Virus record (IMG/VR): IMGVR_UViG_3300024264_002047
DNA length: 64,000 nucleotides
Reading direction: 5' to 3' (one strand)
Origin: a virus
Part shown: positions 1 to 9,175 of the stretch, piece after piece
Numbering within the stretch: position 1 is the first letter of the stretch
Layout of the letters: each line of letters opens with the position of its first letter
Program-made: the position numbers and the translations under genes
The notes under the pieces: generated by a model
The model's input: the letters and a program-made list of their open reading frames with translations, nothing else
Database searches by the model: none
What the model was told of the DNA's origin: nothing

Positions 1-1201
1 GTATCCCCACGAAGTTCAAGCTCAGTTAATTCAGACCTTGCTTTCAGGATACGAAATAAAGATTCCCGACTGGTCTGCAATATTTGAGCTCTTCTTTCTG
101 GTCTTAGTGAGTCTAGGAATCCTTGTAGCGGTCTATGTACTGCCCATAACTCCTGGGGTGTTAATGTCTCTTGTTCTCGTTGGTTCTGCATACGGAGTGA
201 GCCATTGGCATTGGACCTCCTCCTTAACCTTTGTTGATGCAACTTTAATTTCATTATGTTCCTTGGTAGTGTTCGCACAATCTTCCTTTAACAAATACTA
301 TTTAACCTTTTTGGAAAAGCGCGAAATCATGAAACAATTCGCAGGTTACTGTAGTCCTGAAGTTGTTACTATTTTACAACAAAACCCAGGACTTGTCAAG
401 GAAGGAATGAAAAAAGATGTAAGTATTGTCTTTTCTGATTTGAGAGGGTTTACACCATTAGGCGAATCCTTTGGAGATGATGTTAGAGGACTGACTGATC
501 TTATGAATGGTTATATGGACGCAATCACACAACCTGTCTTAGATGCGAATGGAATGATCATCAAGTACATTGGGGACGCAAGTATGCATATACATAATGC
601 TCCAATGGAAGATGAAGACCACGCAAAATCTGCCGTAAGAACAGGTATTAATATGTTAAGAGCAGTGGAGAAGTTTAATGATAAAATTACTAAAGAAGGA
701 CGACCACCTATTGGTATGGGTGCTGGGATTAATAGTGGTCTTGGTTATGTTGGTGAAATGGGAAGCTCGTCACGACACAGTTACGACATACTTGGAGATG
801 CAGTATCAACTGCTGCAAGAATCGAATCTAAGTGTAAAGAATACGGCTGCCTCCTTCTTGTCGGAGAAGAAACAGTAGATCGTTGTGGTCAAAACGAATT
901 CTTCTTTTTAAAGGTAGATGACCTAGCAGTAAAAGGAAAAACTGTTGGAGTTGGAATACATACAGTACTTGACTTGAATAAAGATAAATATATTAAACCG
1001 GCTCAGATGCACAATGATATGCATATGAATTATCAGAAACAAGATTTTGATAAATCAATTAAAATATGTAATGATTTAATGGAATGCTTCGAAGGTCAAA
1101 TGAAGGGATACTACAATATGTGGATTGAGCGTTGTGAATACATGAAAACGCAAGATCTACCCAAGGATTGGAATGGAGTTTTTATCGCGACTACTAAGTA
1201 G
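1..1201 (+). CDS. CHASE2-type membrane class III adenylate/guanylate cyclase (5' truncated by window edge)
   Basis: Frame is open back to base 2 (YPHEVQAQLIQTL, CHASE2 C-terminal-like), then three hydrophobic helices and cyclase motifs VFSDLRGFT, KYIGDA, GINSG, DILGDAVSTAARIE. Confidence 0.9.
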   Translation, partial: YPHEVQAQLIQTLLSGYEIKIPDWSAIFELFFLVLVSLGILVAVYVLPITPGVLMSLVLVGSAYGVSHWHWTSSLTFVDATLISLCSLVVFAQSSFNKYYLTFLEKREIMKQFAGYCSPEVVTILQQNPGLVKEGMKKDVSIVFSDLRGFTPLGESFGDDVRGLTDLMNGYMDAITQPVLDANGMIIKYIGDASMHIHNAPMEDEDHAKSAVRTGINMLRAVEKFNDKITKEGRPPIGMGAGINSGLGYVGEMGSSSRHSYDILGDAVSTAARIESKCKEYGCLLLVGEETVDRCGQNEFFFLKVDDLAVKGKTVGVGIHTVLDLNKDKYIKPAQMHNDMHMNYQKQDFDKSIKICNDLMECFEGQMKGYYNMWIERCEYMKTQDLPKDWNGVFIATTK

Positions 1202-1808
1202 TTTAATCATCGGCTTAATTGCCTTACCTGCATACGCTTATGTGCCTGACGAATTAGAGTTAGGTTATATAGGACTCAACAATACTCAGAAATTTCTAAT
1301 ACGTAATGGTATGACCGTACCATATAATAAACAAGTAGTAAAAAGAGTCGTTGTTGGTAAAGCAAGGATAATGCCAAATGGTGCAATTGTTAATTTACCG
1401 TTTGGACCTGATATGCTTCCATCGTTTGATGCTCTGCAAAATGATCCTAAATGGCAACATAAAGAAAGCATTGATCTATCACACTTAGAGTTTCATCAAT
1501 CACGAGACTTTAACTATCAATCTGAGTTTCTATTCATTCACGCTCTCGATGTCTTTTCAACATATAAAGGATTAAAGTATGATTGTATCTCAGAAGCAAA
1601 TCCAATAGTTGGTAAAGATCCATCTCTCTTAAAGCTTATACTTTTTAAAGTTACAATTATTAGTTTATTAGAAAGTATCTATGGTGCCTATCCAAGAGAG
1701 TGGAATGCGTTTCAAACTGCATCGGCATATACGACAGGAGTTGTAGTACAGAATAACTTTCAGGTTACAAAAGAAGCAAAAAGAAACCCACGCTGTTTTA
1801 AAAGATAA
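1173..1808 (+). CDS. hypothetical exported protein
   Basis: Signal-peptide-like N-terminus (LIIGLIALPAYA); overlaps the cyclase stop. Confidence 0.6.
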   Translation: MEFLSRLLSSLIIGLIALPAYAYVPDELELGYIGLNNTQKFLIRNGMTVPYNKQVVKRVVVGKARIMPNGAIVNLPFGPDMLPSFDALQNDPKWQHKESIDLSHLEFHQSRDFNYQSEFLFIHALDVFSTYKGLKYDCISEANPIVGKDPSLLKLILFKVTIISLLESIYGAYPREWNAFQTASAYTTGVVVQNNFQVTKEAKRNPRCFKR

Positions 1809-1815
1809 AAAAATA

Positions 1816-1835
1816 GGGTAGCCTTTCGACTACCC
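1816..1835. terminator. bidirectional intrinsic terminator
   Basis: GGGTAG-N8-CTACCC hairpin with A-tract, between convergent genes. Confidence 0.7.
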
Positions 1836-1858
1836 CAACCGGTTGAATTGCACTCAGG

Positions 1859-1969
1859 TTATGCAATCGTACTTATGCTATAAACTGTTAATCCCATGAA
1901 CATGGTAATCAACAAACACTCGATACAGATCTCACTATTAAGATGCAACTCTTTTATGAATTGCTTCAT
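1859..1969 (-). CDS. 36 aa Cys-containing membrane microprotein (not in ORF track)
   Basis: MKQFIKELHLNSEICIECLLITMFMGLTVYSISTIA; AGAGGAAG RBS upstream. Confidence 0.6.
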   Translation of the reverse strand: MKQFIKELHLNSEICIECLLITMFMGLTVYSISTIA

Positions 1970-2053
1970 CGCTTCTTCCTCTGTTGTTTATATTACGAGT
2001 TTTTAATACATCCCTCTGGATGCCACGGTTGAATCCAATATTTAAAAAATGTT

Positions 2054-2146
2054 TTAAACATTAGGACCCACCGCTAACAAAGACATACAAAAAATACATG
2101 CGAGTGCGCATACTTCAAGTTTATCTTTAAATTTCTCTAGGTCCAT
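2054..2146 (-). CDS. 30 aa Cys-rich membrane microprotein (not in ORF track)
   Basis: MDLEKFKDKLEVCALACIFCMSLLAVGPNV. Confidence 0.45.
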   Translation of the reverse strand: MDLEKFKDKLEVCALACIFCMSLLAVGPNV

Positions 2147-2193
2147 AAAACTATATATAAAGACTAGTTATAATACATTATAAAATAACTGCT

Positions 2194-2370
2194 TTATTTT
2201 CCATAGAACTCTAGTTCTTCTTTTGCCACACAATCATCGTAGAACTGTTTCAATGGTTTATACATATTTTTGATTTGAACTGGCATAACACCACCCGAAT
2301 CAAGTACCCATTGAATCTCTCTTGCGAGTTGTCTTGACAGTTTAATCTCTTTTAAAATTCTTTCGTCCAT
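2194..2370 (-). CDS. 58 aa hypothetical protein (not in ORF track)
   Basis: MDERILKEIKLSRQLAREIQWVLDSGG...EFYGK; GGAG RBS. Confidence 0.6.
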   Translation of the reverse strand: MDERILKEIKLSRQLAREIQWVLDSGGVMPVQIKNMYKPLKQFYDDCVAKEELEFYGK

Positions 2371-2378
2371 ATTTACTC

Positions 2379-2759
2379 CTACTGCTTATATGCAGAAATC
2401 TTTACGATCTTATTAGCATTATCAAATACAAAGTAATCTATTACCTTAAGTGTTTGATGATTCTCTCTAAAGTCGTTTGAAGGATCACTACCTTGTGTCA
2501 TAATTTCAATATCAATTATAGCGCAAGCTGAGTCTCCTTCTATCACAATCGCATCTATGATCGCGGTTATTCGTAAACAGTTTCGAAAGATTGTCTTGTT
2601 AGCCTCAATTACATCTTCTATACCTGTCCAATGACCAAAGCTATCAGTTAATTGAATATCCTTAGAGAACATTGTCTCTAAAGTATCAACATCTTTATTT
2701 GAAAATGCTTCGAAGTAATCTCTTAAGATGTCTTCTTTTATTGCGTTATCCATACTCAT
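2379..2759 (-). CDS. NTF2/SnoaL-like protein
   Basis: YFEAFSNKDVDTLETMFSKDIQLTD...G...VIEAN pattern; size typical. Confidence 0.75.
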   Translation of the reverse strand: MSMDNAIKEDILRDYFEAFSNKDVDTLETMFSKDIQLTDSFGHWTGIEDVIEANKTIFRNCLRITAIIDAIVIEGDSACAIIDIEIMTQGSDPSNDFRENHQTLKVIDYFVFDNANKIVKISAYKQ

Positions 2760-3085
2760 GCTGCGTTCTCCATTTCTTTTACATGTTTACATTGGCCACG
2801 GAACTGAAATCCTTTACAAGAACACTTGCCGTTCGTGACATAATAAGTATCGCCGTTACTACCTTTCACGGCAACACCACCTAGACTACCTTTCTCTTGA
2901 TAGTCTCCAACTTTTACAAACTTACGTCTTGATTTTGAGAATTGTTTCATTGGTGAATTGAAAACTTTGAGTTCTCCACCTGGAGCTTGATAAGCCACAA
3001 GTTGTGTTTGACCATTAACGTGATAGAAACCATTAGTGATCGTATGATCGCCCCAATCGGTAACTTCTTTTAATATCTCAATCAT
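2756..3085 (-). CDS. SWIM zinc-finger protein
   Basis: C-terminal CSCKGFQFRGQCKH (CxC...CxH). Confidence 0.7.
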   Translation of the reverse strand: MIEILKEVTDWGDHTITNGFYHVNGQTQLVAYQAPGGELKVFNSPMKQFSKSRRKFVKVGDYQEKGSLGGVAVKGSNGDTYYVTNGKCSCKGFQFRGQCKHVKEMENAA

Positions 3086-3293
3086 TTAAAAACCTCTCCA
3101 TAATTTCACCACCAAATACATTGAACCAACTACATCCTTTGTATACATTTTCTATTACAAAGAACGTTGGTGTCCAAACGACTGCTATAGGAACACAAAT
3201 TATTAACTTACCTACTCTTACCCAATCAACTGACTTGACATTCTTTTCAACAATGTCAGCTGCAGAATTATAGTATTCAATTAATGGTCTCAT
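3078..3293 (-). CDS. hypothetical protein
   Basis: ORF in tightly packed operon. Confidence 0.5.
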   Translation of the reverse strand: MRPLIEYYNSAADIVEKNVKSVDWVRVGKLIICVPIAVVWTPTFFVIENVYKGCSWFNVFGGEIMERFLND

Positions 3294-3530
3294 TTATGTA
3301 TTGTCTCCGTCAAAATATTTTACTTTAGATTTATCGAAGGTTTCTCCATCTTTACGATGTTTCCAATTGTAGTACCAACCACCTTCTTCCCAATATAAAG
3401 GCAATCCTTTACCTGCACGTTTCTCTTCTTCCATGTGGACTTGCATGTAAACGACATGACCCATAATCCATAGGAGGAAAAAGCCTCCAGTATATCCTAG
3501 TATTAATTCTAACATAGTTATTTCACCCAA
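3294..3530 (-). CDS. hypothetical membrane protein
   Basis: N-terminal hydrophobic helix; in operon. Confidence 0.55.
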   Translation of the reverse strand: MGEITMLELILGYTGGFFLLWIMGHVVYMQVHMEEEKRAGKGLPLYWEEGGWYYNWKHRKDGETFDKSKVKYFDGDNT

Positions 3531-3721
3531 ACTTTAGTATACCTCTCAGGCATATTCTCACAAGAGAATTGTTGGTCGGTATAGTTAATTACTTGAACAC
3601 ATTCATTAGTTGAATGGCTCACCTGAACATCTGGTAGTGATACTGCGTTATTCAGTGCGAATATAAATCCTACTGAAATGACTGAAATTGTTACTGCTGA
3701 AATTGCTATATCTTTTAACAT
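3518..3721 (-). CDS. hypothetical membrane-anchored protein
   Basis: N-terminal TM helix, two Cys. Confidence 0.55.
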   Translation of the reverse strand: MLKDIAISAVTISVISVGFIFALNNAVSLPDVQVSHSTNECVQVINYTDQQFSCENMPERYTKVWVK

Positions 3722-4218
3722 TACGCTGCCTCCTTGGCAAAATAAGAACTGAGTTGCGAATAGCTCAGTTCGGAACCATCATCCATAGTGAATGTTGATT
3801 TGTAGAACGCTCTACTATCTGCGTCGGTAATGATCCATGACTCAAGCTTGGTTAGGATCTCCTTTCTCATATAACCCATATCGGTGTTATCTGTTTTCTT
3901 GGTAGCACAGAAGTGTTCTCCATCGAACCAAAGAAGGGTTGGAGTTTCCCAAGATTCAATATGATCAGCCATACTGAACTCAGCGTCGTCAATGAAATTG
4001 TAATCAAGTACATATTCCTCAGAAGCTTCGTTGGAATACGACACTGCGTCAAAAGCAGCTTGCTTGAACTCAGGATCCTGAGCATCGGCGATAGAACAAG
4101 AAACGACGAATGTATCGCCACCCTTGAACTTCCAATAAGCATCGGAAACTCCATGGACATAATCCTCATCATGAGCCGCGTAGTTTTCTCTGTACTGTGT
4201 CTGAATTACTAATTTCAT
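3721..4218 (-). CDS. hypothetical early protein
   Basis: First gene after an early promoter; GGAGA RBS. Confidence 0.7.
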   Translation of the reverse strand: MKLVIQTQYRENYAAHDEDYVHGVSDAYWKFKGGDTFVVSCSIADAQDPEFKQAAFDAVSYSNEASEEYVLDYNFIDDAEFSMADHIESWETPTLLWFDGEHFCATKKTDNTDMGYMRKEILTKLESWIITDADSRAFYKSTFTMDDGSELSYSQLSSYFAKEAA

Positions 4219-4248
4219 ATCTTCTCCATTAATTTAATTTATACAACC

Positions 4249-4277
4249 ATTATAAACGGTTTCATAACTAATGTCAA
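4249..4277 (-). promoter_or_regulatory. sigma70-type early promoter (repeat family)
   Basis: TTGACA-17-TATAAT; -35 flanked by TTCATAA/TTATGAA inverted repeat. Confidence 0.9.
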
Positions 4278-4323
4278 TAGTTTTTATGAAAATAAACTAA
4301 CTTTTTTAGAACTTTTGGTTATA

Positions 4324-4647
4324 TTAAGTCTTCTTTTTATAAGGAGTAAATTGACCGTCTTTTGGCCTACCGGTTCTTGCCATTTCTGATTGATAACCAT
4401 TAATGATTCTATCAAACCTGTATGGCTGAACACCAGGTGTACTACGGATGGCTTTCTTAACTGCTATCAGCTCAAGATTCCTTTCGTCAGTACAAGGCCG
4501 TTTCATTTCGGTATGTACGATTTCAAATAGGTTATAAAGCTGTCTTTCAGTTAGTCCAACAAGTAAGGCTCTTGCCTCTTTGTCGAAGTTCCTGTCTCCA
4601 CCTTTATTTCTTTTTCTGCCGTCCGATTCTTCATATCTAGTATTCAT
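4324..4647 (-). CDS. hypothetical basic protein
   Basis: ORF coupled to the epimerase stop. Confidence 0.6.
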   Translation of the reverse strand: MNTRYEESDGRKRNKGGDRNFDKEARALLVGLTERQLYNLFEIVHTEMKRPCTDERNLELIAVKKAIRSTPGVQPYRFDRIINGYQSEMARTGRPKDGQFTPYKKKT

Positions 4648-5660
4648 TATATTTTTACCTTTGATGTGTCTAAAGCCTTCATAAAGTCATTAGGGTTAAC
4701 ATTGCCGTCCTCGATTTCCTTCTTCAGGTAATCTATCGTATCAAATATGGCATCTTGTATCGTCTTCTCAGGAAGCCATCCGAGACCTTTTGCCTTATCA
4801 ATATTCGCAAATATCGTATGAGCTTCTCCATTGATCTCTGGTTGATTATCATATTCAAGATAATCTGCAGGTACTTCGTCCTTAAGATACTCCCAAATGA
4901 TTTCAGAGATTTCATATAATGAATGCGATTGATTCATACCTAAATTGAATGTTTCTCCAACAGTTCTTTCGTCAGTCAGACATTGTATATGGAATTTATT
5001 TACGTCATCAACATGAATAAAATCTCGTCTACGTGTTCCGTCTCCGAATATGATTGGATTATTACCACCAAGTAAACGAATAGCAACTCCTGCGAATAGA
5101 GGAGGTACAGTTCTCTTATAGTCTTGAATTGGTCCTGCGATATTGAAGTAACGTAAAGCCGTATACTTTAGTCCTCTTGTTCTTGCATAACTGTCTGCTA
5201 TCAAAGCAACTGATGCTTTTGAAACTGCATAGAATGTTGTAGGATCTGAAGCACCTTCTTTATAGCCATCTGCAGGTAGCTCAACGTTTTCGTATACTGC
5301 AGATGTTTCACTAAAGATAACTCTGTCACATCCATTATTTAGAGCTGCATTAAATACATTAATAGAACCAATGATATTCTGTTCAGCGGCAAAGACAGGT
5401 TCATTATGGCAGTCATAGATTGAAACTAAACCACCGAAGTGAAATACCACATCAGGTTTCTCTGTTGCGAATATTTTGTCTAATAATACAGAGTCAGTAA
5501 TATCAGCAAGATAGAACTTAGCTGAATCATGGAACTCCGGTACATAGACTGATTGTGAAAGGTTATCCACGAGTACTACCTCATGACCTTCCGCATTTAA
5601 TAGAGGAAGAAGATTCGTACCTACGAAGCCTGTTCCACCGGTAATTAGGATTTTACTCAT
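4647..5660 (-). CDS. NAD-dependent nucleotide-sugar epimerase/dehydratase
   Basis: ITGGTGFVG Rossmann motif, YAVSK catalytic YxxxK, LRYFNIAGP, RDFIHVDD. Confidence 0.93.
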   Translation of the reverse strand: MSKILITGGTGFVGTNLLPLLNAEGHEVVLVDNLSQSVYVPEFHDSAKFYLADITDSVLLDKIFATEKPDVVFHFGGLVSIYDCHNEPVFAAEQNIIGSINVFNAALNNGCDRVIFSETSAVYENVELPADGYKEGASDPTTFYAVSKASVALIADSYARTRGLKYTALRYFNIAGPIQDYKRTVPPLFAGVAIRLLGGNNPIIFGDGTRRRDFIHVDDVNKFHIQCLTDERTVGETFNLGMNQSHSLYEISEIIWEYLKDEVPADYLEYDNQPEINGEAHTIFANIDKAKGLGWLPEKTIQDAIFDTIDYLKKEIEDGNVNPNDFMKALDTSKVKI

Positions 5661-5766
5661 ACGCTTCTTCCGCCTTTTGTTTCATTCTTTCAACAAGTTC
5701 TAACAACTCTTCAATCTCTCGAGAGTCTTCAACTGTGTCGAGTTCTATTTCTACTTTAATTTTCAT
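5653..5766 (-). CDS. 37 aa hypothetical protein (not in ORF track)
   Basis: MKIKVEIELDTVEDSREIEELLELVERMKQKAEEAYE; AGGAAG RBS. Confidence 0.6.
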   Translation of the reverse strand: MKIKVEIELDTVEDSREIEELLELVERMKQKAEEAYE

Positions 5767-5803
5767 AATTTACTTCCTGTGTAATGTACACAATTATTTA
5801 TGC

Positions 5804-6130
5804 CTACCAACAATGCCTTCTTTGAATGTAGACATCAACGGCGGCAGCATTAGCCATTCCACCGATAACATCTCCATGACCAGTATGACCAATCATGTTT
5901 CCTGTTCTTTTATTAACGACTTTGTTAATTGGCTTCCTTGCCTTAACGGTAACTCTGAATCTCAGATCACTACCTCTCTTATCAGTTGCTCCGTAATACT
6001 TAAGTTCCTTATTCATAGAGGTAACATAAGATTTTACAGATTCAACGGTCAGCATATCTTCGGCACAAAAAGTATCGAAGGTTCCAACGTAAGCATCAGT
6101 TCTTTGTTTTCCATTAGCATCAAATTTCAT
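5804..6130 (-). CDS. hypothetical early protein
   Basis: Follows early promoter, AAGGA RBS. Confidence 0.65.
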   Translation of the reverse strand: MKFDANGKQRTDAYVGTFDTFCAEDMLTVESVKSYVTSMNKELKYYGATDKRGSDLRFRVTVKARKPINKVVNKRTGNMIGHTGHGDVIGGMANAAAVDVYIQRRHCW

Positions 6131-6161
6131 AATATATCCTTTTTATTTAATTTATACAGTT

Positions 6162-6190
6162 ATTATACTATAGTTCTTTATGAATGTCAA
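6162..6190 (-). promoter_or_regulatory. sigma70-type early promoter
   Basis: TTGACA-17-TATAAT. Confidence 0.9.
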
Positions 6191-6230
6191 TAGTTTTATG
6201 AAAGTATTTCAAATAAAAATAGAAGGTAGC

Positions 6231-7184
6231 TTACGCTACCTCCGCCATTTCAACTGCAAGATTGAGAGCATCAAGCTTTCTTTTTGCATTGTGTCCGAAC
6301 CAAGCTGCAGCAGCTCGAGTATCAGCAGACCTTCCCATTTCGTGGTCAGTCATATATGTTACTGAGTTGTAAGCATTCCACCATGTTCCTGGAGACATAT
6401 CAGCTCCTGGTTGAGTATCGACGATTTCTAATGCACGTTCAGCAGTCCTTGAGAGGATCTTGCCTTCTTGATTAGAAGTACCGAATACTTGCGATAGGAA
6501 TAACTTGTAAGCTTTATCAGAGTAACGCTTCGATGAAAGGAACTCAGCAGCTTCTTGGAATTGCTCTACACGGTTGTGCGAGATACCAAGTAACTCTTTA
6601 ACCATTTCAGGATTGAAGTGATTACGATGAGATAACCTTACTGCAGGTTGACCACGTTCAGTCAAAGCCATAGACAGTGTATTATTACAAACAACACGAG
6701 TCATTACGAACTTGACATCAATGGACTTACCATATACATGCGGATTTGAGAATAGAAGATAACCTTTTACTTGATCATCGTTCTTCAACGTAAATCCATC
6801 TTTGACATCAGCAGCAGCGAATACCATTTGACCATCTTTCAATGACCCTGCAGTATCCATGACCATATCACCAGCAGATACGAATTCATTAAAGAATTCA
6901 AAAGCATCTTCGTTTTGACATGGTTTCCAATTACCTGAAACATTCGTTAGAATCTTTCCGTCAGTTTCACGTACCAAGGCCTCTTGACCAGTAGGTACTT
7001 TTTGTCCGTTAATTTCAACAAATGATGGTTGCTTTGATACTTTCCAATCAAGGTTAGCAGCTTTCATCATTTCCATTGGAGTCATATCATCCGATACCGG
7101 AACTCCTAGACCATGCCAAGGAATACCCTTTGATTCGCGGTATGCCATCTGCGCTTGTCCATTTACCATTTCTAATTCATGCAT
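6231..7184 (-). CDS. DUF932 family protein (phage/plasmid-like)
   Basis: PWHGLG...AANLDWKV N-terminus; GTWWNAYNSVTYMTDH C-terminus. Confidence 0.85.
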   Translation of the reverse strand: MHELEMVNGQAQMAYRESKGIPWHGLGVPVSDDMTPMEMMKAANLDWKVSKQPSFVEINGQKVPTGQEALVRETDGKILTNVSGNWKPCQNEDAFEFFNEFVSAGDMVMDTAGSLKDGQMVFAAADVKDGFTLKNDDQVKGYLLFSNPHVYGKSIDVKFVMTRVVCNNTLSMALTERGQPAVRLSHRNHFNPEMVKELLGISHNRVEQFQEAAEFLSSKRYSDKAYKLFLSQVFGTSNQEGKILSRTAERALEIVDTQPGADMSPGTWWNAYNSVTYMTDHEMGRSADTRAAAAWFGHNAKRKLDALNLAVEMAEVA

Positions 7185-7220
7185 AATTTATTTCCTCATT
7201 AATATTTAATTTGAACAACC

Positions 7221-7249
7221 ATTATAATCTATATCATAACGAATGTCAA
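7221..7249 (-). promoter_or_regulatory. sigma70-type early promoter
   Basis: TTGACA-17-TATAAT. Confidence 0.9.
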
Positions 7250-7258
7250 CAACTTTTT

Positions 7259-7417
7259 TCACTCATTTGAAAATTGTTCGGTCCAGGCAGTAAATACCTC
7301 AAACGCTTCAGCTTTAGTTAAACCGAAAGCTTCTTGTAAAACCTTCGGCGCTCCAAACATATTGATAGATCCACCAGCTCGTAGATCATCTAAAAAAGTA
7401 AACATTTCTTTAAGCAT
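7259..7417 (-). CDS. 52 aa conserved-type phage hypothetical (not in ORF track)
   Basis: MLKEMFTFLDDLRAGGSINMFGAPKVLQEAFGLTKAEAFEVFTAWTEQFSNE; GGAGG RBS. Confidence 0.7.
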   Translation of the reverse strand: MLKEMFTFLDDLRAGGSINMFGAPKVLQEAFGLTKAEAFEVFTAWTEQFSNE

Positions 7418-7776
7418 TACGCGACCTCCTTAAAGCCAAATGAATCAACCATGTACATTTTGTCATCAGTCTTATCAACAATGATATCTCCGACTGAAGT
7501 ACTATGACCAGTTCTGAACCTATGAACTGCATCAGGGTCTTCCCAAAGATTGGTGATCCTAAATACATCATCAAGACTCTTTGCTTGAACATCGTAAGTA
7601 TCTTCGTACAATGCAAGATCAGCAGAATCAAACTCGTTCTTTCTCAGACCATGCATGTAAGCAAGCTTTGCTTTCCAAGCTGGTGACCTTTCCTCAGCTC
7701 CACTCCAACCGTATGTGTTTGGGTAATCTTCTTCGGACTTAGGAACGACGATTTGTTTGACGATGTAATTTTTCAT
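7417..7776 (-). CDS. YodL-like domain protein
   Basis: SLDDVFRITN...GHSTSVGDIIV...YMVDSFGFKEV matches the YodL-type signature as recalled. Confidence 0.55.
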   Translation of the reverse strand: MKNYIVKQIVVPKSEEDYPNTYGWSGAEERSPAWKAKLAYMHGLRKNEFDSADLALYEDTYDVQAKSLDDVFRITNLWEDPDAVHRFRTGHSTSVGDIIVDKTDDKMYMVDSFGFKEVA

Positions 7777-7806
7777 ATTGTTTCCATTAATTTAATTTAT
7801 ACAGCT

Positions 7807-7835
7807 ATTATAAATGGTTTCATAAAGAATGTCAA
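7807..7835 (-). promoter_or_regulatory. sigma70-type early promoter
   Basis: TTGACA-17-TATAAT; TCATAAA/TTTATGA inverted repeat around -35. Confidence 0.9.
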
Positions 7836-7854
7836 TAGTTTTATGAGATTAATT

Positions 7855-8148
7855 TCATTTATTTTCATAAAGTTCTGAAATAAACGATTTGACCTCTTCG
7901 AGATCCTTTGTAAGGAGAAGATTGTTATAATCTTCGTAGTATGACGATCTTGTTACTCCAAAGATCCAGTCTACAAATTTAATTCCTAAATGTTCCTGAG
8001 ATTCTTTTCTTTCAGCAAGATCTGGTGAGTTGACCCAGATACGATATCCATTGAACTCAAATGAAGGTAACTCGTCGTTACCCCATGATGTATCTTCCCA
8101 CTCTGCAGGAATGTCATAACCTTTTGTGTATTGATCCCAAGTAATCAT
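7855..8148 (-). CDS. hypothetical early protein
   Basis: ORF in early cassette. Confidence 0.65.
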   Translation of the reverse strand: MITWDQYTKGYDIPAEWEDTSWGNDELPSFEFNGYRIWVNSPDLAERKESQEHLGIKFVDWIFGVTRSSYYEDYNNLLLTKDLEEVKSFISELYENK

Positions 8149-8465
8149 TAGGCAGCCTTCCTTGCGAAGTATCTGCCTCTTCCTTTATAACCAACAGCTT
8201 GAACAGCCTGTAATGGAGATGTTTCTTTTGAAACAGCAAGGTAGTCTTCAACAGTGTAGTTATCTACAATACAGTTGACCCAAGATTTCCAAGGCTTTGA
8301 TCCATACTTGAACCTAGCAATAAAATTAGGCTTGACTTTACCGATCCATGAAGGATGGCAGTTAGGATGAACTTCGTTCATCAACGGAGCTCCTGGAAAT
8401 TCTCCACGATACATTAGGTACATTCCGTCCCAAGTGAATTCTTCTTTGATAAATTTAGTTCCCAT
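8148..8465 (-). CDS. hypothetical early protein
   Basis: Follows promoter, GGAGA RBS. Confidence 0.65.
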   Translation of the reverse strand: MGTKFIKEEFTWDGMYLMYRGEFPGAPLMNEVHPNCHPSWIGKVKPNFIARFKYGSKPWKSWVNCIVDNYTVEDYLAVSKETSPLQAVQAVGYKGRGRYFARKAA

Positions 8466-8497
8466 ATTGATTCTCCATTAATTTAATTTATACAACT

Positions 8498-8526
8498 ATT
8501 ATAATATAGTTCTTTATGAATGTAAA
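8498..8526 (-). promoter_or_regulatory. sigma70-type early promoter
   Basis: TTTACA-17-TATAAT with the same downstream leader as other copies. Confidence 0.8.
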
Positions 8527-8612
8527 TAGTTTTAGAGAAAAAAGTGTGACTTTTTTAGATTAAAAAGGAATATGGATAGAACTGGAGGTTATATAGAGAT
8601 GAAATCCGCCGA

Positions 8613-9140
8613 TTAAGACGGATCCCACGTTTTGTCAAGCATCGATTGAGCATGACTCTTGAGTATTGGGTTTGCTTTGATTAAAACATCCAATAGGTAC
8701 TGCTTTTCGTACTTGTAAGCTTTATGGAAGAACTTTGGATCGTGTGGAATAATAGATTCGCTGTTATGTATTAAATCAGCAACCTTTATCGTCTGACTTT
8801 CCGCAGGTCCCATAGCAAAATGATCTGCATCCATCTTCTTACGGAATTTACGATTACCATCTGACTGCTCAGAAACGTTAGAACAAAAATGAACATACTC
8901 AGCAACTAACGAACCAAACTGATCTGTCACATCTGAAAGCGTAACATATGTATCTTCAACAACATCGTGTAATAACGCAGCCGCAACCATCTCTGGTGTA
9001 TGGTCAGGGATTGTCTCAATTATTTTTGAAACTCCGATAGGATGCGTGGAGTAAGGTTCTCCAGTATATTTGCGTCTTTGACCATCGTGTGCTTTGATAG
9101 CCAACATTAGCGCTTCTTGTATTAGTTTGGTATCTTTCAT
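8613..9140 (-). CDS. RelA/SpoT-type HD hydrolase (small alarmone hydrolase-like)
   Basis: AHDGQRRKYTGEPYSTHP, ALLHDVVEDT, IKVADLIHN. Confidence 0.85.
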   Translation of the reverse strand: MKDTKLIQEALMLAIKAHDGQRRKYTGEPYSTHPIGVSKIIETIPDHTPEMVAAALLHDVVEDTYVTLSDVTDQFGSLVAEYVHFCSNVSEQSDGNRKFRKKMDADHFAMGPAESQTIKVADLIHNSESIIPHDPKFFHKAYKYEKQYLLDVLIKANPILKSHAQSMLDKTWDPS

Positions 9141-9146
9141 GGATTA

Positions 9147-9175
9147 ATTATATACTAGTTAAGTGTAAATGTCAA
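9147..9175 (-). promoter_or_regulatory. sigma70 promoter, predicted leaderless start
   Basis: TTGACA-17-TATAAT, 6 nt, then ATG. Confidence 0.8.

Noticed and set aside
8544-8562. CRP-like site (TGTGA half-site) given the cyclase
   Set aside because: Second half-site does not match TCACA; expected by chance in AT-rich DNA
8572-8616. Plus-strand 14-codon ORF (MDRTGGYIEMKSAD) with SD-like sequences, sharing TTAA with the HD gene stop
   Set aside because: No plus-strand promoter found and too short to support; could be chance or the complement of a pyrimidine-rich 3' UTR
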